DNA from: Podarcis vaucheri
Taxonomy: Eukaryota
Reading direction: 5' to 3' (one strand)
NCBI GenBank assembly: GCA_965113315.1
Contig: OZ220364.1
DNA length: 64,000 nucleotides
Below, one piece after another: positions 1-13,869 of the stretch (the first letter of the stretch is position 1; every line of letters begins with the position of its first letter). Made by a program: the position numbers and the translations under genes. A model generated the notes under the pieces. The model saw only the letters and a list, made by a program, of their open reading frames with translations, searched no databases and was not told the DNA's origin.

Positions 1-155
1 GATAATTTTAGAAGACATCTGAAGGCAGCCATGTATTGGGAGGTTTTTAACACTTGATGTTTTTATTATGTTTTTAGATATGCTTTAAGCCACCCAAGGC
101 GGCTGGGGAAACCAAGCCAGATGGGTGGGTTATAAATAATAATAATAATAATAAA
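1..155 (+). mobile_element. L2-type LINE 3' end with (TAA)n tail
   Basis: tttagaagacatctgaaggcagcc...agccacccaag...gatgggtgggttataaataataataat. The same family recurs at 25851-26070 (+) and about 22090-22215 (-). Confidence 0.65.
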
Positions 156-1271
156 TGTTATTTGTTATTATTTTACAGCAGGCTGTTGAAGTTTCATTTT
201 CTGAAAAGAAACTCATCAGCTGTTGTACTTTGTTTTGTTTATAGGCACCAATGCTGGATTGAGAAACATCATGGATTAGCATTATCAAACCATAAGCGAG
301 AAAAAGACATTGAGAATCTACCACAGGGTTTTATACCCCCCCAATAAATGGTATTTTTAAAAACTGAAATAGAGATTCAAACTACACACTAGGTTTTCCA
401 TGCGTTGTTAAGGGCTTCTATAATAGATCATACAAAGACAAGAGGAAAATAGCCCCTGCTGCCACTTGCTTCCAGAATCTGGTGTATACTTTTTTCCACT
501 GACATTGGTGCCCACATATGCTAAGAACACTGACTCCTGGTCAGTACCCTCATTCATCAATTTATCAAAACATTTCATGATGCCCACCAACCTTCGCACC
601 TGCATGCCAAAACCCTGTGATTTCAATGAGCAAATCTGCCACTAGGAGCACTCTAACCCAGAAGCATATAATTGATGAAAGGATATCAGCTCATCGCCAT
701 AGATAGTTTCTTACTTTTTCAAACGTTAGGCCCACTTACTCCATGCTAGCACTGCATACAGGACATCAGCACCAGTATATAATCTCTTTTAACAATATGT
801 ATTTTCCATCAAGGAAGATCTCCATATTAACAGTTTAGCCAGGTCAGGTACCATTTGCACTGAGCTCTCTGCATTTGCCCTGCATGAAAATAATCATGCA
901 GTTTGCTTCTAGTTCCACTCCTCTTCGATCGCCTATTCTTACAACCACAAGCATGTGACAGTTTAACTCAGCTGTTTCTTTGCAGGCACAGTCGGCCACG
1001 TGATCTCACTCTTATTTCTAGTCACGTAGGATAGCTCAGTGCAAATGAAACTTTTCTTACAGGCAAACTGCAACTCATGTACATAATAAGAACACAAATT
1101 CCCAGCATTAGTTCAGATATGATGACAGTGTTGGTTTCATTTTTGTAGTAACCCTATATTCTACAAAATCCTATTTGTTCTTCTTTCAAAAGGAAGTTAA
1201 CATGAAAAATATTCACAAAATCATAACTGCCCTTATACAATTGTTTTCATCATTGGCCTTGGTAAAGGAAG

Positions 1272-1273
<2 letters not shown>

Positions 1274-1311
<38 letters not shown>
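1274..1311. repeat. (GT)n microsatellite
   Basis: Direct reading. Other (GT)n tracts at about 17593-17612, 55361-55390 and 59120-59154, and (GTT)n at about 22062-22092. Confidence 0.95.
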
Positions 1312-1314
<3 letters not shown>

Positions 1315-2310
1315 AACGAAAGATAAAAACCTTCCCCTAAATACGATGGCAGTTATGTACCCAAAGCAAGTTGCTGAGTTTAAGTTACCGGTAAATGTTA
1401 ACAGCCACAATGCATTGTATGTAGCAAAAAAGACTCGGTGTATTTAAAGATTGCTAAACCAGTATTAAGGCTTTCATAGCTGTAAATTCTGGGAAAATTT
1501 GTTTCTCCTAATATAGAAAAACAGAGAAATCCAAGTCTCAGAGGAAACATTAATGCCCCACTTAAACGGTGTTAGCCTTTCATAAGCAGCAAATCTCATT
1601 TCTCTCTGGGGAGTCCTGCCTGAAAACTAAGATAACCTACACTTACCCTTGCTTTTTCAGAGACTCCATAAAACTCTACAGCTGTAGCTGACAGTGGAAT
1701 ATTTAAATGATTTGAACAGTGTAAATGCCTTGTGTTCATTTAAATAACTGAAGAGTTCAATTACTTGAATGTCAACAATTATTCCTGTCGGAGTTTACAT
1801 GTTAAAAAAGAAAGAGCATCTGAATCCCTGTGAGGGCATTAAATTGCTATCTAATTAGCAATCCTAAATTACATATATTAAAAAGATAATTAACAGTTTG
1901 AATGCCTTGCTGGAAAAACCAGTTGCACATACAAATGAAATGCAAGAAATTTGGTAGTAAGATACTTGCAGTTTACTTTGCTTCTTTACTTTCAACTTTG
2001 ACGTTAGGTAGAAACAAGCTCACCGAGTTTTAAGTCTGGTAATGTTGAAATGATGGCAGATGGTTTAAATTATTTCCACTCTAAGGAGATATAATTATAA
2101 GCAGCTGTCAGTTTTACATAATCCTGAATGATAAGGTCTTAAGAATGCAAATTAAATCCTAAATTAAGAGGGTTTGCCGTGGAAAGAATCAAGTACACGT
2201 CACACTACTAATCTGCTTGTATGTGGTTGATCTGATCTGAAGGTATTGTTTACCCAGTGTTTATAGGTACATAAAGATCTGTGCACAATTTTCTCTGTCA
2301 TTAATTTAGA

Positions 2311-2435
2311 CCAGGGGTAGCCAGTGTGGTACCCTCCAAATTTTATTTAGCTCCTATCATCCCTGGTTATGCTGGCTGAGGCTGATGGGCATTGGAGTCC
2401 AATGGTAGCTGGATGGCACCATGTTGTCTACCCCT
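2311..2435. mobile_element. Degenerate palindromic hAT-type MITE (related to 54765-54901)
   Basis: caggggtagcca...ctcctatcatccc...gctgatggg...tgtctacccct, with inverted ends. Confidence 0.55.
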
Positions 2436-3351
2436 TATTTTTATCAATACAGTACTTCTTAAAGCCTTGTAGTAAGGAAGCCCCTTTTAGTCATGCTTGA
2501 TCCATTTGGCTCTCCAGAAATACAAAACAGAGGGCAGATTCTCTATTTCATATGACAAAATTACCACAAGGCATTTTACCACAAGATCCAAGTGCTTCAG
2601 GCTATTCCATACAGCTGCCTTTTCACGTTGTGAAAGTAGTATTTACCACGTTGGGGGGGGGGCCTTTTGAAAAGCAGCAAGTTCCACCTGTCCTCAGGAG
2701 TAGCATGAGAGGACGGCCAATGTAAAAATACAGATACCTCAGCTGTATAATCTGTCTATAGCAAAGGTTCTCAGCTCAGAAAGAATGGGGCTTTGAGGGC
2801 CTTTAGAATCCAGGCTTGTGGGATCTGCTCAGCTTTTAGTTAGTTTTTTTATTAGAACCCTAGGATCCCCCACCAAGAGTCAGAACAGTAATGGGGGTGT
2901 CAGCATATTCTTAGATTTAAGTAACGGAGTGCCTCTGAGCATATCCTCATAGTCCTGTCACACACAAAATCCTACCCCAACAAACTTTATCTCAGCAGCC
3001 TAATTTAGAAGGGTGTCATTGTTATTGTTATTATCAGTGTGTCAGAATCACACATTATCAGTCAGAATCCTTGCTGATATGCTGTAAATCAGACTGAGAT
3101 CTAGTGGAAGCTGATCTATCTTCTGTATAGTCAGTACATTCTGATCTACTTTCTACTTCAAAGTTATCCAAAGTTGAAAATATCTACGGGAGAGGTGGGG
3201 GAAGTTTCCATAGCTCCCATTATCAGTTGCATTGATGGATTCCTTGCAATAGCTTGCATTGTTATGATTAGGTAGGTTTGATGAATTAGGACAAAGACTT
3301 GCCTGAGGAGGGATTAGTCAGCTTCTTTTCATACATTCATATTTTCATGCA

Positions 3352-3422
3352 CTCCTGCACTGGAGGTGGTTGGACTAGATTACTCTCGGGGTCCCTTCCA
3401 GCTCTAGAATTCTAGAATTCTG
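3352..3422 (+). mobile_element. CR1-type 3' tail
   Basis: cctgcactgg...ggttggactaga...ggtcccttccagctctagaattctagaattct, the CR1 terminal stem-loop and 8-nt repeat. Confidence 0.7.
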
Positions 3423-5204
3423 TGGTACCAACAGCTGATTATATCTCTTTAGAAGACTTTTTCACTTTGAGAACCAGAGGTTTAGATGTGTTCTGTGTTG
3501 TTTGTAACATAAGCGTGTACGGGGGGTGGGGGGCGGCGGGTGAGAAATCAAAATTTTCTCATACGTTACATTGCCAGGGGGTTCTTTCAGGGCTGTACAT
3601 CTTTATTTGCTTCCCTTTTTCCCCCTGTGTGAAAGCTGAGGTTTATTCCCCCACCCACTGCCCCTCCTTTTATGTGACATAGTTAAGGGTTGGGGTTTTT
3701 TCATTGCATTATGGGTTGGAAATTTTACTGCATGGCAGATTGTTACTGCCAGCTGGCATGGACATCCAATCCAAAATAACTGGTCTTCATTGCCAACCAT
3801 AATCTAAGAATTTCTGGATTAAAATCTCAAATTATAGCTTTGGTCTGGAGCTCTTTCTTTGGAAAGGGAGGGAAAAGGTTAGCTCTTATTCTCTTATAAG
3901 AAAGCAAAGAAAGTCACACTTTTGTTTAATCTTAATCTTGGGAGTTTGCTTTTACAAGGACCCTTTTATGAGTGAACACATTTCAAATGCTTTACAAATT
4001 CAGGGCCCAGCAGGGCTCAGTAAAGGATCATGCTCAGCTACAAAATAAATGCAGCTCACATGATACTAGGATTGCAGGAAACCAGGTCTTTTTTTTAAAG
4101 CAAATTAAATAAAAAAAGCTTAAAAGCCTGCCAGTGGAGATTTAAACCGAGAGCCCATGCTGCTCCCAGACACATCCCCAGGGGGAGAGTTGTACGTATG
4201 CCAACTTAATTCTTCCTCTGGGAATTTAATGCCGATAAATGGAGCAGAGAGGTAGTTTTGCAACTCCAAAGGCTGAAGCCTAACTTCCATTCTAATAATG
4301 AAACCCAACACTGGGCGGGGTTCCCTAGGCTAGACTTGTCACGTGATATTTCTGCCTTACCTTGTTAAGTGCTCACTCGCTAAGAAGGTATGTTGTCTAG
4401 AGCCAAGGATATTAGCAAACTGGATTTGCATGTTGCTTTTAAGATGTTACTCTCCCCCTCCCCATCTCCCTATTACATGCTTGAGTCATTTGGATATTTG
4501 AACTCAACAAATTCCTTATCCCACCGGCAACACCTGGCAGTGTTGCGTGCCCTTTTTAACTTCTGCTTCTTCCATCGATGCAGGGGAACAAGATCCAGCA
4601 GAGGTAGCCCGCTCTCTTCAGGAAGGGTTCCCAACTCTCTGGGGAAGCTTTCCAAAAAGAGGGGGGAAATGGTGAAAAACCCCTCTCCTTTCCCCACAAT
4701 GGGATTAGTCTGTGAGTGAAGTTTAAAGCAGAAGCAGAGCACTGCTGAAATCAAACCACAGGCCTATCACGTCCAACATCCTACGTCTCACACTGTGGCC
4801 AAGCAGATGACTTTGGGAAGTCAACGATCAGGACATGCAGGCAATAATAGCCCTCTCCCACGGTTGTTCCCCAGCGCCTGGACATCAAGTATCTGGATTC
4901 ACGCCAATCTGTTTTATTTATATTAACTTGATTTACACCCTGCATTACTTATAACAACTTGAGTAAATCATCAGAGCAACAATGCAAGATAAAAGAAAGA
5001 GAAAAACTGAGATAGAAATAATTATAAAAGCATGTTAACAATAAGAAAAGCAATATTAACGTTTCGGCAGCGTGCCAGATTAAACCTGTAACAGTTACCC
5101 AAAAGCCTTCCAAAAACAAGGAGTTTCAGTGCTTTCCCATGTTTGTTATGGGTTTCATACATGTTCCATTAGGCTGGTACTGCTATAAGCATGCCAATGC
5201 TGTC

Positions 5205-5613
5205 AGCCTCCTCCCTTGGGCAGCTCACAGTGGCTGCTAGAAAGTGGGCAAGGAGGAGGGGAGGCTGCCACCACTGAAGCCCAGCCCCACGTCCCATGCC
5301 AGCTCTGAGGGGCAGACAGAGGAAGAAAGGGGGAGCAGATCACAAGGAGTCTTGATTTTTTTATTTTAAAAAATGTTATGTGTGTCTGCATTTAATCTTG
5401 CTCCTTTCTAAAATTTATTTGTATGTGGTTTTTTTTTTTTTTTTTTGTAAATCTACCAAAGAATAAAACAAAATCTCAGGACAGTGGAGGGTGTGTAGTG
5501 GTGGAGGAAATGCTTGGGGGGGGTGACAAAAAATGGGGGGGGGCGAGGAGGGTCAGTTGTGGTAGGGAGGGAGAAATGTCCCTATTTTCATCTGAGTAAT
5601 GTTGGAGGGTATG
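5205..5613. mobile_element. Non-autonomous DNA transposon fragment (hAT/Tip100-like); second copy at about 54275-54720
   Basis: Shared blocks gggcagct..cagtggctgct, ctctgaggggcag, cacaaggagtcttg and taatcttgc..ctttctaaaatttattt. Terminus ...gttggagggtatg. Confidence 0.55.
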
Positions 5614-5868
5614 TAATACCTCAAGAGGATTAGAGTGAGATTGAGAGGACAATCCAAGTTTTCCTCATGCCAGGCTGTGGAAGAGGGTCGGATTGAGTGG
5701 AGGTCTCCCTCTGCTTAGCTCTGCTGTCTGCTGCCTGCTGCCTGCTGCCAAATATGAGGGTAGGCAAGAGTATTGGTTATACCAATGTCGGCAGAGCCCA
5801 GAGAAAAGGTCCCCAAATGTGCTGTTCTGAGAGTGGAGGAGGTGGCAGTTTGCTGGCTCTTAAGCTAG

Positions 5869-6248
5869 GGGACGCGGGTGGCGCAGGGGACGCGGGTGGC
5901 GCTGTGGGCTAAAGCCTCAGCGCCTAGGGCTTGCCGATCGAAAGGTCGGCGGTTCGAATCCCCGCGGCGGGGTGCGCTCCCGCTGCTCGGTCCCAGCGCC
6001 TGCCAACCTAGCAGTTCGAAAGCACCCCCGGGGGCAAGTAGATAAATAGGTACCGCTTACCAGCGGGAAGGTAAACGGCGTTCCGTGTGCGGCTCTGGCT
6101 CGCCAGAGCAGCGTTGTCACGCTGGCCACGTGACCCGGAAGTGTCTCCGGACAGCGCTGGCCCCCGGCCAATAAATGTGAGATGGGCGCACAAACCCCAG
6201 AGTCTGGCAAGACTGGCCCGTCGGGCAGGGGTACCTTTACCTTTACCT
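5869..6248 (+). mobile_element. Full-length Sauria SINE
   Basis: tRNA-derived head with A box (tggcgctgtgg) and B box (ggttcgaatccc, 5951-5962), (ACCTTT)n tail, and 9-bp TSD TTAAGCTAG at 5860-5868 and 6249-6257. CpG-rich, so probably young. Confidence 0.93.
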
Positions 6249-7710
6249 TTAAGCTAGTTTCACTGCTGTTGGGTGAAGGCCTCAAGCCTGATTCAAACCC
6301 AGTCACTATGCTAGCCTGGAGTTTGTGAAGGAGCAGGTCTGAATTGTTCCCCCCCCTCTTCCCTTGCAGCGGAGCTGTAGGTACAGTAAATAATTCTGCC
6401 ACTCTGCAGAACCCTGCTGGTGTGGAGTGGGGAGGTTGTATTTTGCCCTAAATGTGGAAATGTTCTGAAACATGCTGGCCAAAATAAAAATGTTCAGAAG
6501 ATGCTACAATCCTCAGAAATTTAGCCCTCTCTCACATCTGTGTGAATAAAGGTAAAAATGTTTATAGATTGCCACACTGAGATTACAGAATCCATCGTGC
6601 AGTGCAGCTGTGAACAAAGTGTGTGTGCTTAAAAGAATTTAACACCTTTTCCTGAAGCAAACAATTCCTCAGAGTAATGCTGGCAGAATTTGTATAGGCA
6701 GTTAGATTTTTGGCAGAATTCATAGCTTGGTGCCAGAAAAGAGTTTTTCAGATGGATGTCTTTCTGTGGATTTTGTACAGCCTTAGTTTTAACACTGAGT
6801 AATACAGAATAACTAACTGTGTGCACTTGAGATGTACTCGTAACAGAATGCATTGATTTATTTTCTTGGGTGAGCTCACAACATTTCATTGTAGGTATTA
6901 GCTTTAACCCATAACAAGGTGTTTCTTCGGGGTCTCTCAGTTGTGATGTGCAGCAGGGGGCAGGATTTTCCTACGTTACAGGAACGCCAGTGTCAAAGCC
7001 ATTTGTCATCATGTGATGCTTGTTTTAAAATGTGAGATTTACAGTGTTACCATATTAGTGATAAAAACAAATAGCATGTTTCTATTAGCGTGCTTCTTGT
7101 GTTCTCCCACCCATCTCTCCCCATGAAAGGGCTGATAAACTACAGTATCAGCAGATATTAACACCAAACTTCCTAGGAATAGGGCCTTATCTTGTTTAAA
7201 GAGAAATATGTAAACGTTTTGTTGATAACACTTTAGGAAATATCACTTCCTGCATGGCTGCAAGAACTATTTCAGGATGTATTTTATAAACTTTGGGAGT
7301 ACGACTTGCATACTTTCCATATGGTGTAGTAGCTGGTAGTCTAATGTATCTGTGGTGCTCATACAAAGCAACTTTCTTTTATTAGGTGTCCAAGTTTATT
7401 TGTCCCCAATTCCTTGGTGTCAAGGGTACACTGACAATTGCTGTGCTTATAGTCTGTGAAAAGGGCACGTTCTGATGAAAGGAAATCCATTCTGGAGCCC
7501 CCAAGAGTTGTGTTAAAACAAAACATTTGATTGTGTAAAGCTGTGTGTGCTTACCTCGGGGTTAACCAAAGACATTGCTGAAACCACCCATTGCATCTAA
7601 ACACCTCTCTAGCATAAAAGCTGAACTTGAGGTTGTAAAGAAATGGCTCATCATTTTGTCCAATGTCTTTTTCTAAAAAAACAAAACCACATTTTTTTTT
7701 TAAACTCTAG

Positions 7711-7794
7711 TATGAAGAAGTAAAAAAGCGAAGGAAGCCCAACTATAGCAGCGTCGACCTTTCCGAGGTGGAGTGGGAAGACAGGGATGATGTG
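7711..7794 (+). CDS. CACNA2D3: CACNA2D3 internal coding exon (84 nt, phase 0-0): YEEVKKRRKPNYSSVDLSEVEWEDRDDV
   Basis: Poly-T tract and ctctag acceptor, gtgagt donor. The translation matches the recalled alpha2delta-3 segment YEEGKKRRKPNYSSVDLSEVEWEDRDDV. Confidence 0.96.
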
Positions 7795-10700
7795 GTGAGT
7801 GATTTGTTCTGTCAGAGCTTGTCAGAAAGGTCAGTGCATTCACTAATATACCACTTTCAAGTGTTAAGCAGCAAGAAGAAAAGAGAAGCGAAAGATAATG
7901 GTCCATGTTCTTCCCCTTCTCCATTCAAATTTTATATTTTTTCTTCTCGTTTTGACTTTCTCGCTCTCCTTCCGCTTCGTACATACGTATCCCCATGTAT
8001 AGATGTACCAAGGATATATTGCCATTTGCCCTGCGCAACATCTTGCATTCCATTGGTTACCATGGAAGGTACCAAAGGCAGGCCATATTGGGTGGTGGTC
8101 CAGGGAAGCACTTAATAAGAGGCCATGTGTATAAATCCCTGTATTGCTTAGGTTCATTTGGTTCATTTAGTCTGCTGCTCAGTGATTGGGGGGGGGGGCA
8201 GAGAATAGAAGAGAGCCCAGTGTTATATGGAGCTTGGGTGGGATTCAACTATTGTGCCCCACTAGTGGAAACCCAGTTGATATACCAGCTGCAGCAGGAA
8301 GGGGCAGCAAGATTTCAGGAAGCCAGAATCTGTATGTCATGTGGAGAGGATTGGCATAATATATAATTCTAGGGAGACTCATATTCAAACCCATGCTCAG
8401 GCCTACTCTCTTAGCCTAATGCTTCTCATAGCTGTATAGGTCAAATGAAACAAACACACTTGACCACCTTGCGAAGCCTGAAAGGTGAAAAACCAGGGTA
8501 TAAATAATGCAATAAATAAATAAATAACCTGAATGTGCTTAGTGGAAAGATGGGAAATAAAGGTGATAAATCACAGGGTGGGTGATACATACAGCTATAA
8601 GGGTTGGCAGAGGGAGACTAGTCCTGTTACAAGCTCTACCAGCCATAGAGCTTGGTAAGATGAATGAGGAGGAGGTGCCAAACCCCACCATCTCCATAGG
8701 GGCAGAATTTTAAACTTTTGAAAGCCAGGAGTCACCTCTGGATCCTGCCGAGTAAATAACATTTAGATGTTAGATTATACAACAAGAACAAATCCTGTGC
8801 CAAATTTTGCCAGGCTGCTCTATATCTCTGAAGAAGTTTCCCTGTTGCTTATGAAGCAATTTAAAATGCCAGAAACCAACCAATATTTTAAAAAGAACCA
8901 CATTTTTGGTCTCTGTCCAAACCCCAGAATCCAGAACTGCAGGATCATGTTAGTGCTGTCCATCTAACACCTTCTTTTAGGTATGTGCTAATCTTTTCAG
9001 TTAAGTTCTTTCTGTTCCAAGATCATGCTCCTCCCTTGTCCATATCTCTGTTGTCCAGTCAGTTTGCATCTCCCTTCTGTGTCATTCTTTATTTACATGT
9101 CAATTCCTTGAGCTGTACTGTATCAAAAGTTTTCCTTATGTCCATGGCTTAACCTTTGCCTGGTCTTTCTGTTACTTCCCCCATAAATCTGATTTGTTAG
9201 GCATGATTCGTTTTGTGCAAATCCATGCTGACTGTCCTTAATTAAATCATAACTTTCCAGGTGTTCTCCTTTCGGTTCCTGTTATTGAGCTTTTCCCATA
9301 ATGTCTGCGCCGACTAAAGTCATGCTTGCATGTCTGCATTTTCATAGATATTTCCTAGCACTCTTCTCAAATATCAGCAGTACATTAGCATCCCCTATAT
9401 CCTTCCAAAACCCACTCATTTTGGAGAGGTTTTGAATATATCAACGGAAGGTTCCCATATTTACAGTGTCACGTCTTTCTGAAATCTGGGATTCATCACG
9501 TATGTCTGCCTCTGGAGCATTATCAGCATTCAGATGTAGGCATTTCTTATCCTTTTTCTCCAACTCAAGTTTATGTTTTCCTTCTCCCTTGCAAAATATA
9601 TGTCTGATTCTGTCAGCCCACCCCTACTCAGTTTATAAATAATGAAATATTTCATGGGTTTAACAGTGCCAGTTTTCCTGTGTTTTGCTGATTAAATCAG
9701 CTCATCTTTTCTGAGACTTTTCCCCTCTTCCCTTCCGCTCTTGTGATTTCTGCTCCTAAACATTTCCACTAAATTTTGTGATGTTTCCTACATTCTTTTC
9801 TGCATTTTCAACCTGAACTTGGGCTTAATTCATTTCAAAATGAGATTTGCAAGTGAAATTCCCTACTTGTGCAATTCAAATCAAAATACCCAGATTCTGC
9901 AATTGCTGAAGTCCATTGAACATCTCACCAGAGACTCAGAGACTTCTGTTTAATCTGTTCATTAGCACTCACTGGAGAGCATATGCACTATCAAGCTTTC
10001 TAGAAGAAGGGAAAAGACTGACTGCCCTTCAAATTGAAACCGCGATATGCATGTTGTCCTTAGACTAGTTTGCAGAGGTCGAGGGAGGGGCCTGCTGTTA
10101 TAATGCTGCTCTCATCAAGAAAGGGACCAAGGGTAGTAGGAAACAGTTAGTACAGCTCATATCCTGTTGTCTCCGTGGTTGGAGCTGGAGCTGGGGTGGG
10201 GAGATTTATTTTTCTTATTCCCTGCCAGTCAATAGAATGTTTGAGAGTGTGATTGCTGACTCAGTACATCTCAGAGGCATAGGAGCTATTTGGTTCAACT
10301 CTGGATGTTTCAATCCACTATCTTGATTCAAAATGGCATCCAACTGTTGCTGCTATATCAGTGGCAGCAAAACTGCACCAACGCAATATCTTGGCTTGAC
10401 TCTGGACACTAACATGTCCATCTGCAGGGGCCGGTGTTTTGTTTGGGACCACATCCTCATCTCAGCATTACTGTGACTTCAGCCACCACTCTGGCCCAGC
10501 AGTGCCAGGTATAGAGGGTGGAGGGGCTTCAGTTCCCCCAATATTTGGGGGCCCCCCAGTATTGAGGGAGCTGCCACTGGGTGCCCCCCCTGCGCCCCAG
10601 CCTCCACCCAGCAGCCCAGGAGCCTGGCTGCATGTGGGATGAATGAAGCAAAGATCACCCATGTTCATCCCAAACTCCGCACGGCTGGGAGGAGCGTGGA

Positions 10701-13388
10701 CAATCTTTGATTCACTCGTCCCAGCCTCTGCCTGGCTCCTGAGCTCCTGGACCATGGCTGGGATGAGCAAACAGATATCGCCCTCTGTGCAACCTGCCCC
10801 TGCCTGGCACATTCCAGGTGGCATCACGTGACACATCACGTCACATGACCGTGCACCCTCAATGTGGGGGGGGCAAGTTGTTGCTCCTGCTCTGGCCCTC
10901 TGTTGGTTCAAATGTGACTGCTGTCAACCATGGCAATACTGCAGCCACCAAACAGTCCAACCCAAAAAGGCTTCCTTAGTGTTGATAGAGATATGTAGAA
11001 GCTGCCAAGTACCCATCAGAGCTGAGCAGCTGTGTGGCTTCCAGCCTATTATGGTGCTACTGCCGCAAACGAAAAAGCCTATTTGGCTTCTACACTCATA
11101 GAACAGAGAGACTGCTGGTGGTTCCGGCACCAACATCACTGGGGTGGGGAGGAGTGGCGGTGAGTTCCGGAGGGACCTTTTTTTGCCCGGAGGTGGGGGT
11201 TGGGCATTAACAACACCTTGCTCAGGGCCACCCAAAACCTGAAACTGCAATACCTGGTTGTGTACAAGTCAGGGAGTGCATTGCCAGTTGGCAGGCCTGG
11301 TGTAGAGGATGCAAGCTTATATTGTGATACATTTGTCAACATGTCTGCCTGCCTCTTTACCCGTTTTCTAGAGATTGCTTTGTGGCATTGTGTCCATTAA
11401 CAAGACTAGAAAACATGCAGTTTTAATTAGATTAAAGGAGGTACAGTTTTATTTTGTGTTTAAAATGTCTTCCGTAGTGAAAACGAAGCTTTATATTTGG
11501 GAGTGCACATTGTGTTACTTAGAAGTATCTGGCCTCCTTTTGAATGAAAGACCATCCATATCAATGGTCACCAGTTTCAACCCCAGAGAGGTAGCAGAAC
11601 AAAAGTCTACAGAATAGATGAAAAACTGAGCTACAAAGCCAAGAACTCCATTCAGAGGGTAAAAAAATAAAAATAAAAAATCTAATTCCCACATGCATAC
11701 TTGATCTTAAAAGCTACGAGGGTTTTGGGGGCCCTTTTTGTAAAGTCTGTGACTTGCCCGAGGGTTGTGTGGGGAGTGGGCGCTGGAAGACTACAGGCTC
11801 TGAAATGGAGAAAAATGAGAAACATGTTAAAGATAAATGGAACAGTTCTTTAAACGTTAGAAAGTAGATTGTTAATTAAGACCAGCTCTCCTAGTCCAAA
11901 ACCACAAAAGTTAAAAAGGGAAAATATTTCCAGAATTGCCTATTACGCATTGTGTTTATATATATATATATATGTACAAAAAAAACCTACAGTAAAATAT
12001 ATGTTTTATTTTATATATGCCTCCAGCGAAAAATTATTCTTTTACACTCGCTGACTGAAGAGTAAGATTGTTAGCTCCGATCTAGATGGCCCAGAATTAA
12101 ATTTAAAGAGCTGCAAACATTGCAGTTTTCAGTTTGTCAGCCATGCTCAAATTCTTCACAAAAACAAAAACAGCTCTTTCCCTGACAAGCTTTGGCAACA
12201 ATTCCACCCCGCCCCCCCAACAGCACAGTCCTCCTTCAGGAGGACATTGATAGCAAATCGACAATGAAAATAGCCTGTCCCTATTGTCCAATCAATCATC
12301 CATGATGCATGCAAGTGGACTGGAGAAGAATGAATAGGTGCAGTCGTAGCAGAATAAGCTCACTCATTTCAAATCCTGGAATGCAGCAGTGTCTTAAGGT
12401 ATTCTGAAATGTTCTTTCTCCAGGGCTGTATGCATTATTTACACATTCAAATGCTATATTGTGTGTGCTCTGTTCGGCTAGTTCAAGGTAAAATGAAAAA
12501 AGAAAAGCAGAAATGATTTTTTTATTTATTGAAAATATTATTCAGGCTGCCATCCTGCATCCATTTTCTCAGGATTAAGCCCCACTGAACTTAGTGGAAC
12601 TTCCTTCTGAGTCTGACATGCACTGAACACATTCTTCATCTATATAAATACCAGGGAGGTTGAAGCATGGGAAACAGAACATACCAAAATGACAATATAC
12701 CAAAAACAAGAAAATGACATCATTTATAGCAATGTAAATATAGAAAGCTAGGGGGAGGAGGGAAGAAACACTGTAAAAAACCAGTTTAAATTGACTATAA
12801 AGTAAAAACATTAAAATGCTTGGGCAAATAAATGTCCTGGCACTAAAATTGTGAGTTGAACTCCCAGTCCATAATTCAGATGCAAAACTCTGGTGCTCAC
12901 ATGACCATCCCACAAATATTACTTCATTGTCAGGCACAGAACCACGCTTACAGGGAGCTTCCAACTTTGGACTACATCCTGTAATCTCTAGAAAGAAATT
13001 TAAATTAAGAATGTGTGGAACCCATTTAGAAGTCCCACCAGTTTTATATTAATTCCTTTACCTTTCTCTGAAACTCTTCAGATATTTCTCCTGTGCAGAA
13101 ACCTTCACCTCAGATCTGCATATTGGTTAAAAATTTGAGGCAGTTCTGGCCTTATGACTCTTTCTCACTGTCTGGAGTGTTTCTTTGCAGACCTTGGTTC
13201 CGAAAGGTCATCTAGTCTGGTGAGAAACAAGTAATATCACCGTGTAGAAGGATCCCAGTTGGAGATATATAGGGTACCCATCACCACATGCATATTTTTT
13301 TGCAAATTTGGATGGAACTCTTTTAGGGTTTCTCAGAATTTTTTGGATGTTCTATCCAACCCAGAAACCCCAACATTGAACATGCCCA

Positions 13389-13869
13389 TGTAGTTTAGTA
13401 AGAAGGGAGGGAGAAGGTGGAACTGACTGGGAGGAGGACATGTCAGAAACTGAAGAGGTAACAGGATTTAGTGAGCAGGAAGGGGCGGTGGCAGAAAGCA
13501 GTCCAGAATCAGCGGCAGAAGCAGAGGGGGGTCAAGAGGTGAAGTGGAGGCAGGCTGCTGAAGAGGCCAGGGAGTCTCCCCCTCCTGCTGTGAGTAGCTC
13601 TGATCTCCCAGAGCATGCAGAGAAATGAAGAGGGTGGAACATTGAGAGAGCCTTAGGCTGCTGGGGAAGGAACTGGAGGAGGAGCCTTAGAGAGTAGTGG
13701 GAAGACGGGAACCTTCAGTCCTCACAACTGGCTCATTGGGGCAAGACCTACTGGGAAGAGTTGCTGTGATCACTAGGCCTGTGCTGTTTGGGTTCTTTTC
13801 AATAAAGAGTTAACTTCACTGACACTGGGTGTTTTATTGCTGACCTGCTCCTGACTCTGGCTCCTGGCA
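13389..13869 (+). mobile_element. Probable solo LTR (old)
   Basis: TG...CA ends, purine-rich body, AATAAA at 13801-13806 followed by a GT-rich stretch. Flanks gccca/gccat give only an imperfect TSD. Confidence 0.5.

Noticed and set aside
5917-6402. 161-aa ORF on the minus strand
   Set aside because: Antisense reading of the GC-rich Sauria SINE. The KVKVKV stretch is the ACCTTT tail.
1-7710. Preceding CACNA2D3 exon (LGIHGYAF...)
   Set aside because: Not found in this interval. It presumably lies upstream of the window.
12228-12245. Palindrome gtcctcct-tc-aggaggac (possible CTCF or dimeric factor site)
   Set aside because: 8-bp arms are expected by chance in 64 kb, and the match to CTCF is poor.
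13440-13628. Acidic 62-aa ORF (MSETEEV...)
   Set aside because: It arises from the purine-rich body of the LTR-like repeat.
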